A DNA stretch of 64,000 bases from Candidatus Bathyarchaeota archaeon (GTDB taxonomy: Archaea > Thermoproteota > Bathyarchaeia > Bathyarchaeales > Bathycorpusculaceae), in NCBI GenBank assembly GCA_963775895.1, contig CAVZKL010000009.1, positions 40,844 through 104,843 on the forward strand. Direction: 5' to 3'. The notes under the pieces were generated by a model. The model did no database searches. It was not told the origin of the DNA and was given only the letters and a program-made list of their open reading frames with translations. Made by a program: the position numbers and the translations under genes. Shown in pieces: positions 21,718 to 31,501 of the stretch; positions within the stretch are counted from its first letter, which is position 1, and the number at the start of each line of letters is the position of its first letter.

Positions 21718-22194
21718 TTAACCTTCATCCAGACAGCCTCGTCTCACCTTAACGGCGACGCCTCGCTTAAACGCCTTCATTTCATCCCCTGACAACAAAG
21801 CGCGTCCAACAGCAAGGACCTTGCTGTTACTATCAAGGATTATCACCTCGTCTTTCGCGCGTATTTCGCTATCTGCCCTGATGACGTGCGCGGCAAACAC
21901 GTCGCCTCCTTCGATGATGAATTTTGAAACGTCATCTCGAATGGTTACAAAACATTTTGCGGAAGGTGCTTTTTGGGCGATGCGGTTAGCGCCTTCGATG
22001 CTGAGGGAGAACAAACCGTCTGTCGGACGCATCGTGGCGATCCGCTTTTCACCCGAGAATACGTACCGGATACGGCCTGTTCGCATTGAGAAGGAGATTT
22101 TGACTCCATTTGGAAACAGTTTGGCGCCTACACCTCGGCCAAACTGATAATCTCCCACGGCTCTTATTCGCACTAGAGCGTCTTCCAAACTCAC
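21718..22194 (-). CDS. PUA-domain protein (resembles the archaeosine tRNA-guanine transglycosylase C-terminal region)
   Basis: DYQFG, TGRIR, GDVFAAHV, AVGRALL, GVAVKVR motifs. Confidence 0.8.
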   Translation of the reverse strand: MSLEDALVRIRAVGDYQFGRGVGAKLFPNGVKISFSMRTGRIRYVFSGEKRIATMRPTDGLFSLSIEGANRIAQKAPSAKCFVTIRDDVSKFIIEGGDVFAAHVIRADSEIRAKDEVIILDSNSKVLAVGRALLSGDEMKAFKRGVAVKVRRGCLDEG

Positions 22195-22260
22195 GCACCG
22201 TTTGCTAAGCTTATTCGTTCGACAACTATAAAGACGACCTCAATATTAAGAGCAACTCAG

Positions 22261-22809
22261 GTGCGACAATTGCGGTGCGAAGTCTGCGGATGCAGAATCG
22301 GCGGAAAACCTTTCAACGTTATCATCGAGGGAGCAAGGCTGACCGTCTGCGGTGAATGCGCAAAGCATGGAAAGATCTGTTACGATGAACCTAAGCCTAA
22401 ACTGACATTCGCGAAGCCAAAAGCAAGACCGGTGATGTTGAGGGTTCAGCCAAAACCTAAGCCCCCATCCGTGGACACTAGCTTGGAGTTGGTTGAAGAT
22501 TACGGTGTCAAAATAAGAAAGGCAAGAGAGCAACTTGGACTTTCCCACGAAGAACTGGGCAAGCGAATAAACGAGAAAGTCTCTCTCCTCCGGAAAATCG
22601 AAACTGGAAAAATGACGCCTGACGATAAGCTTGCGGCGGCACTAGAACATGCACTGAAAATCAAGCTGATCGTGCTTGCGAAGGAAGTTAAGGTCATTGA
22701 AGCCAAAATACCCAAGAAGCCAAGTCGGGAATTGACTTTTGGAGACTTGATTCAGCTGAAGAAGAAAGGCGGGGATGAGGAGGAAACTGCCGAACGAAAG
22801 CGATCCTAG
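22261..22809 (+). CDS. Archaeal multiprotein bridging factor aMBF1 (Zn ribbon + HTH)
   Basis: CEVCG..VCGECAKHG, IRKARE.LGLS, KIETGK motifs. Confidence 0.9.
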   Translation: MRQLRCEVCGCRIGGKPFNVIIEGARLTVCGECAKHGKICYDEPKPKLTFAKPKARPVMLRVQPKPKPPSVDTSLELVEDYGVKIRKAREQLGLSHEELGKRINEKVSLLRKIETGKMTPDDKLAAALEHALKIKLIVLAKEVKVIEAKIPKKPSRELTFGDLIQLKKKGGDEEETAERKRS

Positions 22810-24055
22810 TTCAACGCCGATGGCACTTTGAAAAGCCAGCCCTTGATGAACTTGAAAGTCTCGCGAAGACCGCAGACTACGAAGTTGTTGGAAGACTGGA
22901 GCAAGTCAGAGAACCGGATGCACGTTATCAAATAGGCGCCGGAAAGGTTGAGGAACTAGCCGAACTCGTGAAGAAAAACGGCGCGGAAAAAGTCATATTC
23001 GACAACCTGCTAAGACCTCTTCAATCTTACAACCTTGCCAAAGCCACAAATGTTGAGGCCATCGACCGTTTTCAACTAATCCTCGAAATCTTTACGAGAA
23101 GAGCCACAACCACCGAAGCAAACCTACAAATTCGTTTAGCGAAACTCCAATATGATCTGACCCAAGCCAAAGAAAGAGTGAGACTTGCAAAGAGAGGAGA
23201 ACAGCCAGGTTTCATGGGACTCGGAGCCTACGAAGTTGATGTTTACTACGAGAGCGTAAAAAGGGAAGTGCATGCAATACGACGAAAACTGAAGACTATC
23301 AGAGGAAAAAGAGTGTTACATCGAGAAAGAAGAACGGAACTGGGATTTACGACCATTTCACTGGCAGGATACACGAAGGCTGGAAAAAGCTGTTTGTTCA
23401 ACTCTCTTGCAGAAGAAACCGTTCAGGTCGATGCATCATTGTTCACAACGCTTTCAACGACGACACGGCTCGTGACTTTCTCGAAAAGGAAGTTTTTGCT
23501 CACGGATACCGTTGGCTTCATAGATCGGCTTCCACTAACGCTGATAGAGGCTTTTCGTTCAACACTCGAAGAGACAATATACTCCGACCTCTTACTTTTG
23601 ATGGTTGACGCAAGTGAAACAATGGACACGATGGAAAGAAAACTCGGCACTTGTCTAGAAACGATAGACCGCATAGGAGCTTCCGGGATACCGACGATCA
23701 CGGTACTGAACAAGATTGACCTAATATCGGCTGAAGAGACCCAGCAGAAAATCGAACGCTTGAAAGATAAGGCTACGAGCTTGGTTCCCATATCGGCACT
23801 AAAAGGAACGAACATCGAACTTCTGAAGCACGAAATACTGAACCAGCTGAGAGACTACGTGCGCGTATCATTTACGGCACAAATGAATAAGGAAACGATG
23901 CCCTTCATGGCGTGGCTTTTCAATAATGCCAACGTGCAACTGCAGAATACAAGTCGGACTCGGTCCACGTGGTTTTCGAATCAAACCCAGCCTTCGCCGA
24001 AAAAGTCAGAAACCGCGTTCTGAAGGAATTTAACGGTAAGATCGAGAAAGTCTGA
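22775..24055 (+). CDS. hflX: GTPase HflX (start uncertain; frameshift near the 3' end)
   Basis: GYTKAGKS, FTTLSTT, DTVGFI, NKID, ISAL motifs; the frame extends upstream of 22968 (KAILVQRR..ELESLA); the C-terminus continues in another frame to TGA at 24055. Confidence 0.88.
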
Positions 24056-24063
24056 GAGAAAAC

Positions 24064-24615
24064 ATGTCGAAAGTCGTCGTACTCCGATGGGGACACAGGC
24101 CACAAAGAGACGCAAGACTAACCACGCACGTTGCTTTGGTGGCCAGAGCTCTGGGAGCAGACGGTCTGCTGCTGTCAGACGTGGAAGATTCAAATATCAA
24201 AGATTCAATTGACAAAGTCACACGAGAATGGGGTGGCTCATTCTTTTTCGAAGCAGGAACGGGCTGGAAAAAGATCGTAAAAGAATGGAAAAGGAAGGGC
24301 GGTGTCATAGTCCACTTGACAGCATACGGAGAGAACATTCAGAGCAGCAACGTAATGGAACGTATCAAACAATCTGGGAAAGATTTGTTGATCATAGTTG
24401 GAAGCCAAAAAGTGCCTGGAGAGTTCTTCTCCAAAGAAGTGTCAGATTTCAATGTGGCCGTCGGAAACCAGCCTCATTCAGAGTGCGCAAGCCTTGCAGT
24501 TTTTCTTGACCGCTTCTTCAATGGAGAAGAATTGGCGAGAAAATTCGACAAAGCCAAGATGAGTATCATTCCCCAAGAAAGAGGAAAGAAGACGAATCAT
24601 GAAAATTCAACGTGA
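24064..24615 (+). CDS. trm56: tRNA (cytidine(56)-2'-O)-methyltransferase
   Basis: GHRPQRDARLTTHVAL, HLTAYG, GSQKVP, NQPHSE motifs. Confidence 0.92.
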   Translation: MSKVVVLRWGHRPQRDARLTTHVALVARALGADGLLLSDVEDSNIKDSIDKVTREWGGSFFFEAGTGWKKIVKEWKRKGGVIVHLTAYGENIQSSNVMERIKQSGKDLLIIVGSQKVPGEFFSKEVSDFNVAVGNQPHSECASLAVFLDRFFNGEELARKFDKAKMSIIPQERGKKTNHENST

Positions 24616-24711
24616 GACTTCACTTTTCTTTTCGTAAAGAGATTTAAAGTCGAACCGGGTACTTATATATCATAGAGAGTAGTGTTGAAAAGGAGAAACA
24701 AAAGGACTAAC

Positions 24712-25224
24712 ATGTTATCAAACATCGATGACGCAACTCTAACAAGAGTTGCCCAAGCACTCGGCGAAGATGATGCGATCAAACTCATCGAAATCCTCAA
24801 AAACGCTGAGGAAACGACAGACGATGAGATAGCCACGAAGACGGGCATAAGGTTGAATTCCGTCCGCAAGATCCTCTACAAGCTTTATGATCATTCTCTT
24901 GTGAGCCTACGAAGAACACGCGATCCTAAGACTGGCTGGTTCGTTTTCCATTGGAGATTACAGTCAGACCAGCTGGAAGGCTTCATCCAGAGCCAGAAAC
25001 GACGAGTCCTTGAAAAACTCGACATTCGCCTTGAATTTGAGAAAAACCATGACTTCTACTACTGTTACACGCCAGGATGTAAGCGGGTACCTTTTGAAGA
25101 TGCCGTTGAACTGGTTTTCAAATGCCCGACATGCGCAAAGCCCTTGATGCACTATGACAATGAAAAAACTCTTGAAGTGCTGTCAAAGAAGGTCGAAATC
25201 CTAAGGAAGGAGCTCGGTGAGTGA
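24712..25224 (+). CDS. tfe: Transcription factor E (TFE alpha)
   Basis: TDDEIA..VRKILYKL wHTH, RDPKTGWF, Zn ribbon FKCPTC. Confidence 0.92.
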   Translation: MLSNIDDATLTRVAQALGEDDAIKLIEILKNAEETTDDEIATKTGIRLNSVRKILYKLYDHSLVSLRRTRDPKTGWFVFHWRLQSDQLEGFIQSQKRRVLEKLDIRLEFEKNHDFYYCYTPGCKRVPFEDAVELVFKCPTCAKPLMHYDNEKTLEVLSKKVEILRKELGE

Positions 25225-25756
25225 TCGGCTTCCTACAAGGGAACAGGCACTGAGATTTCTTAGGCAGAGTGGATGCAAACAGAACGTAATAAGGCATGTC
25301 GAAGTGGTTTCTGAACTGGCTTGCGAAATCGCAGAAGCCTGTAGAGAAAATGGACACCCAGTTGATTTAAAGCTCGTGGAAGTAGGCGCACTTCTCCATG
25401 ATATTGGAAGAGGCAAGACCCACACGGTACATCACGCGGTTGTGGGAGCCCAAATAGCCACATCCTTGGGCTTGCCCGAGCAGGTAGTATCGATAATAAA
25501 GAAGCATGTTGGCGGAGGAATAACAGCTAAAGAGGCCAAAAGACTCGGATGGCCCAAAGACGTTTACGTTCCACAGACGCTTGAAGAAAAAATTGTATGC
25601 TACGCAGATAAGCTTGTCGAGGGCTCACGTCGCATCCCAATAGAGAAAACAGCCAGGCAATTCGAACAGGAACTGCCGCGATCCGCAGTCGAAAGAATAT
25701 GGAAACTTCACGAAGAGATGTTAACACTAGTCGGCGATTGCGATTGCCTTCCGTGA
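25217..25756 (+). CDS. HDIG-domain phosphohydrolase (TIGR00295-like)
   Basis: GALLHDIG, HAVVG, EEKIVCYADKL motifs; follows tfe. Confidence 0.85.
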   Translation: MSDRLPTREQALRFLRQSGCKQNVIRHVEVVSELACEIAEACRENGHPVDLKLVEVGALLHDIGRGKTHTVHHAVVGAQIATSLGLPEQVVSIIKKHVGGGITAKEAKRLGWPKDVYVPQTLEEKIVCYADKLVEGSRRIPIEKTARQFEQELPRSAVERIWKLHEEMLTLVGDCDCLP

Positions 25757-26529
25757 CTTTGCTGGCAAGAGCCCGCAACGATTTCCTGCTGCGTCAAGCT
25801 GAAGGAAATCTGAAATCTGTCCTCAAAACGCTAGAAGTTAAGTTAGACATATCACGTGCGAATGCTCAAGGATGGATAAAAGTTTCGATTTCTGGCGAGG
25901 ACGAGAAAGTCGCGCTGCAATATTTGACCGAGAAAATCGGACTGTGTCCGGTGGAACTGGAGAAGATCGCCAAGTTCTCAACGTTCAAAGGGTTCATAAC
26001 AGATGGACAACATAATAAAAATGAACTCCGCGTGGACATAGGGGTCTTTGCCCCTGAGCGTGTCGACGCGTCGATTCCTTTGTGCTGTCTGCAAGCCCAG
26101 CTTGGCGATGGAAGAAAAATAGCCATTACCAAACTGTGTGAACTGTTCGGTCTACGAGAGAACGTTCCTTTGGACATAAGAATTACAAATGTCGATTTTC
26201 AGAAAAGATAGATAGAAGCCGAATTTTCAGACAAACAACAGAAGCAGTTTTCAGATTGGACGCAGTCGATGTTGGACCGACTGTTGATAATTGGCGCCTC
26301 CTATTCTGAAATCAAATCAACGATAAGGAAATTGCAGATCGATCGTGATGTCGTCAAGATTGAGACGCTTGGAATGTTCGAGTATGCAGTTGTTTGCAAA
26401 CTTGGAACTGATGCTGCGGGACTGATCCCGAAAATCGGCAAGAATCTTGAGAGAGCCGTTTTTACGGTTTTCAACCCGAGGAACATCCTAAGACTCTTGG
26501 GGTCCGAAATTACGCTCTCTACTTTCTAG
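25744..26529 (+). CDS. DUF2110-like protein interrupted by an in-frame TAG at 26209-26211
   Basis: ORFs 25699-26211 and 26269-26529 share a frame separated by one TAG; VCKLGTDAAGLIPKIG motif; located after tfe and the HDIG gene. Confidence 0.7.
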
Positions 26530-27427
26530 AAACCAGATACACGCCTGCGAACATGATGAGACCACCTACTGCGGTGAACAATGTCAGGGTCTCTCCTCCG
26601 AACTTCGTCGCAAACAGCACGGTGATCAGTGGTTCTGCAAAAAGAAATGAACTGACAACCGCCGCTTTGACTTGACTGGCAACATTGAACCAGATGAAGT
26701 ATCCTGCCAATGAACACGTGAGAGCTAAGAAAAGAATGGCCGCCCAACTTTGAAGACTCATCGACAGCAGTTTGCCAAGCGAACCCTCGATCAGAGAGAA
26801 TGGAATCAAACACAGACCGCCCAAGATGCTTGCGTAAGCCGAAACCAGGAACGGGCTATATTTCTGCATCATCGTCTTACCAGAGAGAGTGAATGTTGTC
26901 CAGAGAATCGGTGTCAGAAGCAGGACCAGGGTTCCTAGAATAAAATTCAGGTTGGTTCGCAGCTGCATTGACCCGCCTGCTATGATCGTGAACGTTCCTA
27001 TAGCAGCTATTACGATCCCGAGAATTTGCCTACGCGCCAGATTTTCTTTGAACAGCACCGAAGAAAGAACCGTTATGAATAGGGGAGATAGAAGGCAGAC
27101 CATTATTGCGGCAATAGAGGAGTTTGCCATTTCAATGCCCGTATATTGTGCGATGAAAAAGAAGGTGATGCCTGTGAAGGCAAGGACAAAGAGTCGCGGT
27201 ATGTCTTTCCGGGCAACAGATAGTTCATATTTTCTGTTCCGAATCTTGTTTGCGCCCAATACTGCGAGAAACATTGGACTGGCCACTAGAAACCTGGCGG
27301 TTGCGATTGCGGTGGGTGTTACACCTTCATTTAGCGGTATTATTACCACCACGAAGGAGCCGCCCCAAACTGTTATTACGAGCATCATCAGAAAAGCGTT
27401 GAGCGGGGTTATCGTTCGAGTTGACAT
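26519..27427 (-). CDS. EamA/DMT family transporter
   Basis: About ten TM helices; WGGSF, ARF and EP motifs. Confidence 0.88.
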   Translation of the reverse strand: MSTRTITPLNAFLMMLVITVWGGSFVVVIIPLNEGVTPTAIATARFLVASPMFLAVLGANKIRNRKYELSVARKDIPRLFVLAFTGITFFFIAQYTGIEMANSSIAAIMVCLLSPLFITVLSSVLFKENLARRQILGIVIAAIGTFTIIAGGSMQLRTNLNFILGTLVLLLTPILWTTFTLSGKTMMQKYSPFLVSAYASILGGLCLIPFSLIEGSLGKLLSMSLQSWAAILFLALTCSLAGYFIWFNVASQVKAAVVSSFLFAEPLITVLFATKFGGETLTLFTAVGGLIMFAGVYLVSRK

Positions 27428-27525
27428 GTGAAAGAACTCGCGCTTGTTAGGGGATGATTTGATGAAAGATGAACATTCGCGACAAACCTTATGGTGCTCT
27501 GCTTGATGGAGTCTTCATGGAACGT

Positions 27526-27927
27526 CTATTGTCTTTCTATCAGCTCGATCAATGTTCCATCTGGATCTTCTATGAACGCTATTACTGGCCCGGTTGGACC
27601 TAACTTGTACGGTTCATCAGTGATAGTGATCCTGTTTTTCTGCATTATGGCAATCGTTTGCTTCATGTCTTTGATCTCAAAGGCAATGTGGTCAAACACC
27701 CTTTCTTCGTATTCTGCCTGAACGAATTTCTTCTGTTTCCTGAACCAGGTCAACTCTAGCCTCGCACCTTTTCCTTCAGGGTCCTGCAGAAAAGCAATTT
27801 CGGCGTCATTTTGTGGGATTTCTCGCCGGCTCAACAGTTTAAGTCCCATCAACCTGTTGTAGAAGTCAATCGACTTATCCATGTTGCTCGTTCTAACACT
27901 CGTGTGAGCAAATATCATCAAATTCAC
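27526..27927 (-). CDS. VOC family protein (lactoylglutathione lyase-like)
   Basis: HTSVR, SIDFY, LELT, DHIAF, FIEDPDGTLIELIE motifs. Confidence 0.88.
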   Translation of the reverse strand: MNLMIFAHTSVRTSNMDKSIDFYNRLMGLKLLSRREIPQNDAEIAFLQDPEGKGARLELTWFRKQKKFVQAEYEERVFDHIAFEIKDMKQTIAIMQKNRITITDEPYKLGPTGPVIAFIEDPDGTLIELIERQ

Positions 27928-28395
27928 CCGTGTACAGTGTAGTTGCCGACTATATAGAAATGATGCCAGAACAAGGTCAGGCGTGCGCGGGCCAGAGACT
28001 TGGAATCCTTTCGGGAACTGAGAAGAAGAGTCGCGGAACTGGCCAACAACTGGAAACGTAGAAACATTTTCGGAGAATTATTCGCTGTTTTTTCAGCCAT
28101 TGTGTACCTCCCCTCCTCGTTTTCAATGTATCATGAATATTAGGATCCAAATATGAGTGGCTTTTTGCTGCACTTTAGGGTTAGAACCTTGACCCAATAA
28201 CATCATGAGGGATCCGACTTGGAAACAACATGTCGAAAGCGTTTACCGCTACGAGTATACGTAGATTCTGTTACAAGAAATTCCTGAGATGGTGGGACAA
28301 GCCATAAGAATCGTAATGACTTAGTTATACCTAAAGAGAAGAATCGTTCATCAAGAAAGACGAATCTTGTTCTTTTGTGAGAAGTAGGTGGTTAC

Positions 28396-28521
28396 ATGCG
28401 GAAGAAAGGAGAAACATCAGTACAAGATCGAACACGGCCTCAACCTCGGAAGAAGAAGGAAAGAGAAAAGCAGCGTAAGGATAAAAAGCTTGCCAGACTT
28501 GAAAGGCAACAGTCCAGATAG
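28396..28521 (+). CDS. Putative 41-aa basic peptide
   Basis: AGGTGG ribosome-binding-like site, then MRKKGETSVQDRTRPQPRKKKEREKQRKDKKLARLERQQSR*. Confidence 0.4.
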   Translation: MRKKGETSVQDRTRPQPRKKKEREKQRKDKKLARLERQQSR

Positions 28522-28612
28522 GCTTAGTTAGTGTACGATGTCTTGGCACGAATGATGCGAAACGCACGCGCGCGCTCCCACAAATGATAGATAGATTTAA
28601 TATATCTTACCC

Positions 28613-29167
28613 GTGCAACAAACACGTATGCCAAAAGGGATCAAAGCAGTTATTCTCACCGCCGATAAGTTTGAGGACATGGAGTTGTTCTTTCCATATT
28701 TCCGCTTACTCGAAGAAGGGGTAGAGGTCGATATAGCTGCGCCCAAGAAGGGACATATCGAAGGAGAGCACGGTTACGGAGTCGAAGTCGATAAGAGCTT
28801 TGACGATATCCAATCGGATGATTATGATCTATTGTTGATTCCTGGCGGGTCGCCAGATGGAGCCCCGTCGGTGGTTAGGAAGGACACCAGGGCTCAAGCC
28901 ATTGCAAAGTCGTTTTTCAACTCCAACAAACCCGTTTCCTCTATCTGTCATGGTCCTTGGCTCTTGGCTTCCTCAGGCCTGGTAAATGGAAGACGCTTGA
29001 CTTCTTACTGGCATGATGGCGTTCCAGAGGACATAAAGAAAGCAGGCGGCATATACGAGGACAAAGAAGTAGTTGTTGACGGTAACCTTGTCACGTCACG
29101 CTATCCTGGGGATTTGCCCGCATTCATGCGAGAAACAATACGGATGGTCAACAGGATCAAAAAATAG
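28613..29167 (+). CDS. PfpI/DJ-1 family protein (intracellular protease/deglycase)
   Basis: FEDMEL, IPGG, ICHGPW, VVVDGNLVTSR motifs. Confidence 0.9.
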   Translation: MQQTRMPKGIKAVILTADKFEDMELFFPYFRLLEEGVEVDIAAPKKGHIEGEHGYGVEVDKSFDDIQSDDYDLLLIPGGSPDGAPSVVRKDTRAQAIAKSFFNSNKPVSSICHGPWLLASSGLVNGRRLTSYWHDGVPEDIKKAGGIYEDKEVVVDGNLVTSRYPGDLPAFMRETIRMVNRIKK

Positions 29168-29200
29168 TCTATGGAAACGTCCGGAACAGAATTTCCATGC

Positions 29201-29236
29201 TTGGTTGATGGATAAAACTTTACCCCAACCAACCAA
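29201..29236 (+). repeat. Palindromic cassette-boundary site, copy 1
   Basis: TTGGTTGATGGATAA-AACT-TTACCCCAACCAACCAA. Confidence 0.8.
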
Positions 29237-29295
29237 AGTCTTGATTTCAGTGTGGAACATAATCTTTAATTAGATATTGTTACGATTTCCTGTGT

Positions 29296-29553
29296 ATGGT
29301 GACTGAGAAGGAGAAGCGTCGCCTGAGACTTTACGGTGTCATCATAGTTTTGGTAAGCATCTGGGCGTTTTTCTTTGGATCAGGAAGAGGAATATTGGCA
29401 CAGTACTCCTATCTGGTTTGGGGGGCACCTATACTGGCTCTTGGAGCCGCAGTCGTCATTATCAGCTATCTCCTGCCTTCAAAAGAGACATCCCGAAAAG
29501 AGAACCTGAAAAACATTCAACCAGCCAAGAACCAAGCACAGCAGGTTGAATGA
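29296..29553 (+). CDS. Small two-TM membrane protein (cassette cargo)
   Basis: 85-aa ORF with two hydrophobic helices, alone between site copies 1 and 2. Confidence 0.7.
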   Translation: MVTEKEKRRLRLYGVIIVLVSIWAFFFGSGRGILAQYSYLVWGAPILALGAAVVIISYLLPSKETSRKENLKNIQPAKNQAQQVE

Positions 29554-29581
29554 AGCCTAAGCCACTTATTAGTAGAAAGAC

Positions 29582-29621
29582 GGTTTGGGTTTGGGGGTAA
29601 ACTTTACCCCAATCAACCAAA
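29582..29621 (+). repeat. Palindromic cassette-boundary site, copy 2 (followed by CGCGCGCGC)
   Basis: GGTTTGGGTTTGGGGGTAA-ACT-TTACCCCAATCAACCAAA. Confidence 0.8.
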
Positions 29622-29700
29622 CGCGCGCGCTGTGGTCAACGTTAGAGTAAAGCTTAATTGAGTGTTTTGTTCTGAGGCAATTAGGTTGGAGGTGGATTTC

Positions 29701-30186
29701 TTGAACCTTTTTGGGCATAAGACAGAACCTAAGGTTCTGTTGACTTATGATGTGATGATGAAATGCAAGTGCGGAGTGTGTCCAGTCCAAGCTAATAGTG
29801 CGTGTGCCAAACCTAAGATAATGGCTAGAGATGAAATGATGAAGAACCCGAGCTCTGAAATAAAGAGGATCATGACCCCTGGAATGATGCAGAACCTGGA
29901 AATGATGAAGAACATGAGCCCTGAAATGATGAAGAACATGTCAAAAGAACAGATGAAGAACTTGAGCGATGAAATGATGAAGAACACGCCAAGAGAACAG
30001 ATTGCGACTATGATGCCTAAAGTGGAAGATATGCCTGGGCCTTATTGTGCTAACGGTGTTGCAGTCTGTAAAGACCTTGATTTCAGCAAGACGTGCATTT
30101 GCAGCGGGTGCCAGGTTTTCAAGGACTTTAGTCTCATGAAAGGTAAACCAATGAGCTACTTCTGTAAAGACGGCAAAGCTATATAA
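29701..30186 (+). CDS. Cys-rich DUF2769-like protein with a Met-rich repeat insert
   Basis: CKCGVCPVQ..C and YCANG..C..CICSGCQV..YFC motifs; EMMKN repeats; GGAGGTGG SD before the TTG at 29701. Confidence 0.7.
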   Translation: MNLFGHKTEPKVLLTYDVMMKCKCGVCPVQANSACAKPKIMARDEMMKNPSSEIKRIMTPGMMQNLEMMKNMSPEMMKNMSKEQMKNLSDEMMKNTPREQIATMMPKVEDMPGPYCANGVAVCKDLDFSKTCICSGCQVFKDFSLMKGKPMSYFCKDGKAI

Positions 30187-30340
30187 TTTTTTTTCCACAC
30201 CTTTCTTCATCCGCATCTCCATCCACGTGGCCCTAGCCGTTTTTTGATTAGATTTCAGTCCTACCAACCAAGAACTAGGTGTAGAGCTTCCAATGGAGCA
30301 AGTTATCTTCCGCTAAAAGTGAAAGACCTTCTTCGCTTGA

Positions 30341-30375
30341 TTGTTGTTGGATAAAACTTCCCCCAAACCAACAAC
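30341..30375 (+). repeat. Palindromic site, copy 3 (upstream of the integrase)
   Basis: TTGTTGTTGGATAA-AACT-TCCCCCAAACCAACAAC. Confidence 0.75.
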
Positions 30376-30425
30376 AGACTTGTAACGAAGAACTTCCCCT
30401 CGCCCCCGCCCGGGTGCAAGCGCAA

Positions 30426-31488
30426 ATGTCTAACAAACATAATGTCGTATTGTATCTAGACAAGAAATTGGTTGAAAAGGCTCGTAGTTTTGGCTTCAAT
30501 CTCAGTAAGACCTTCGAAAATCGCTTGAAACACTTGTTGACGCAATTTTCACAGGTCAATTCTTTGAACAGCACTGAAAACAATAGTAATCTTGGTGATT
30601 GGTGGGCCGAGCCGGACTTGAACCGGCGACCTTTGGCTCGTAAAGCCCCAGAATCACCATCAGAAAATGAAAGTCAAATGCTTGAGCGATTTCATGACTT
30701 TCAAATTGTCGACTTGAGAAGAAACAAAAGAACAGCTTACGAAAAAAGTCTGGTTCACAAAGAGACTACTCAAAGCGGTTGCGAAAAGTCCTAATGACAT
30801 TACGGCAGATAACTTGAGAGGTTACTTGAAAACACTTGAAGGTTACAGTGCATCTTACTACAAAAATGCGTTGACGGCTCTAAAAGTGTTTTTCAGAGAC
30901 TTCTTGAAGATGCCTGAAGTTGTTGAGACTAAGTTTCCACATCAAATCTTCAGACCAAAACAGATTCTGAGCAGAGAACAACTGAGACAGTTTTACTCGT
31001 GTCTTGAAACAGCGAAAGAGAAAGCATTATTCATGTTGTATGCGACGACTGGGTTGAGAAGAGAAGAAATTCTATCACTCAAATCCGAAAACATTGACTT
31101 CAGTAAACGAATGATAATACCAAACAATCATGACGGTGAAACTAAGAAGTCATGGGTCAGCTTTTACAATGAAGAAGCAGAACAAGTACTGCAGGAATAC
31201 ATGAAAACAAAGAAGCCTTCTAGAAGTCAGAGATTATTCCCGATGCAGAGAGACGAAGTTGTTGAGCTATGGAAATCTGCCAGAGAAGAGATCAATATTG
31301 ACATTACGCCACAGAAGCTGCGTCAATGGTTCTGTTCAGAAATGTTAAGGTTAGGCGTATCTGAAACTTATGTTGATGCTTTCTGTGGTAGAGTGCCGAA
31401 GTCAGTCTTAGCCAGACATTATGCCGACTTCTCGCCGCAAAAACTCGAAGAAATCTACGAGAAAGCTAATGTCAAGATTCTATCATAG
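30426..31488 (+). CDS. Tyrosine recombinase/integrase, SSV1-like with the att site inside the gene; RHH-like N-terminus; 1-nt frameshift in an A run at about 30742-30747
   Basis: TTGLRREE (R), GETKK (K), TPQKLRQW (R), GRVPKSVLARHY (Y); removing one A gives a continuous ..TAYEKVWFTKRLLKAVAKSPNDITADNLRGYLK.. Confidence 0.88.
30600..30647 (-). repeat. att site: duplicate of the tRNA-Val 3' half
   Basis: 48-nt match to 37818-37865 with two mismatches (GGGCCGAGCCGG vs GGGCCGGACCGG). Confidence 0.92.
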
Positions 31489-31501
31489 GCGCGCGCGAGG
31501 A

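Noticed and set aside
27981-28015. Possible degenerate att or tRNA fragment marking the left end of the older element
   Set aside because: Only vague similarity to a tRNA 3' end and no match to the tRNA-Val att core.
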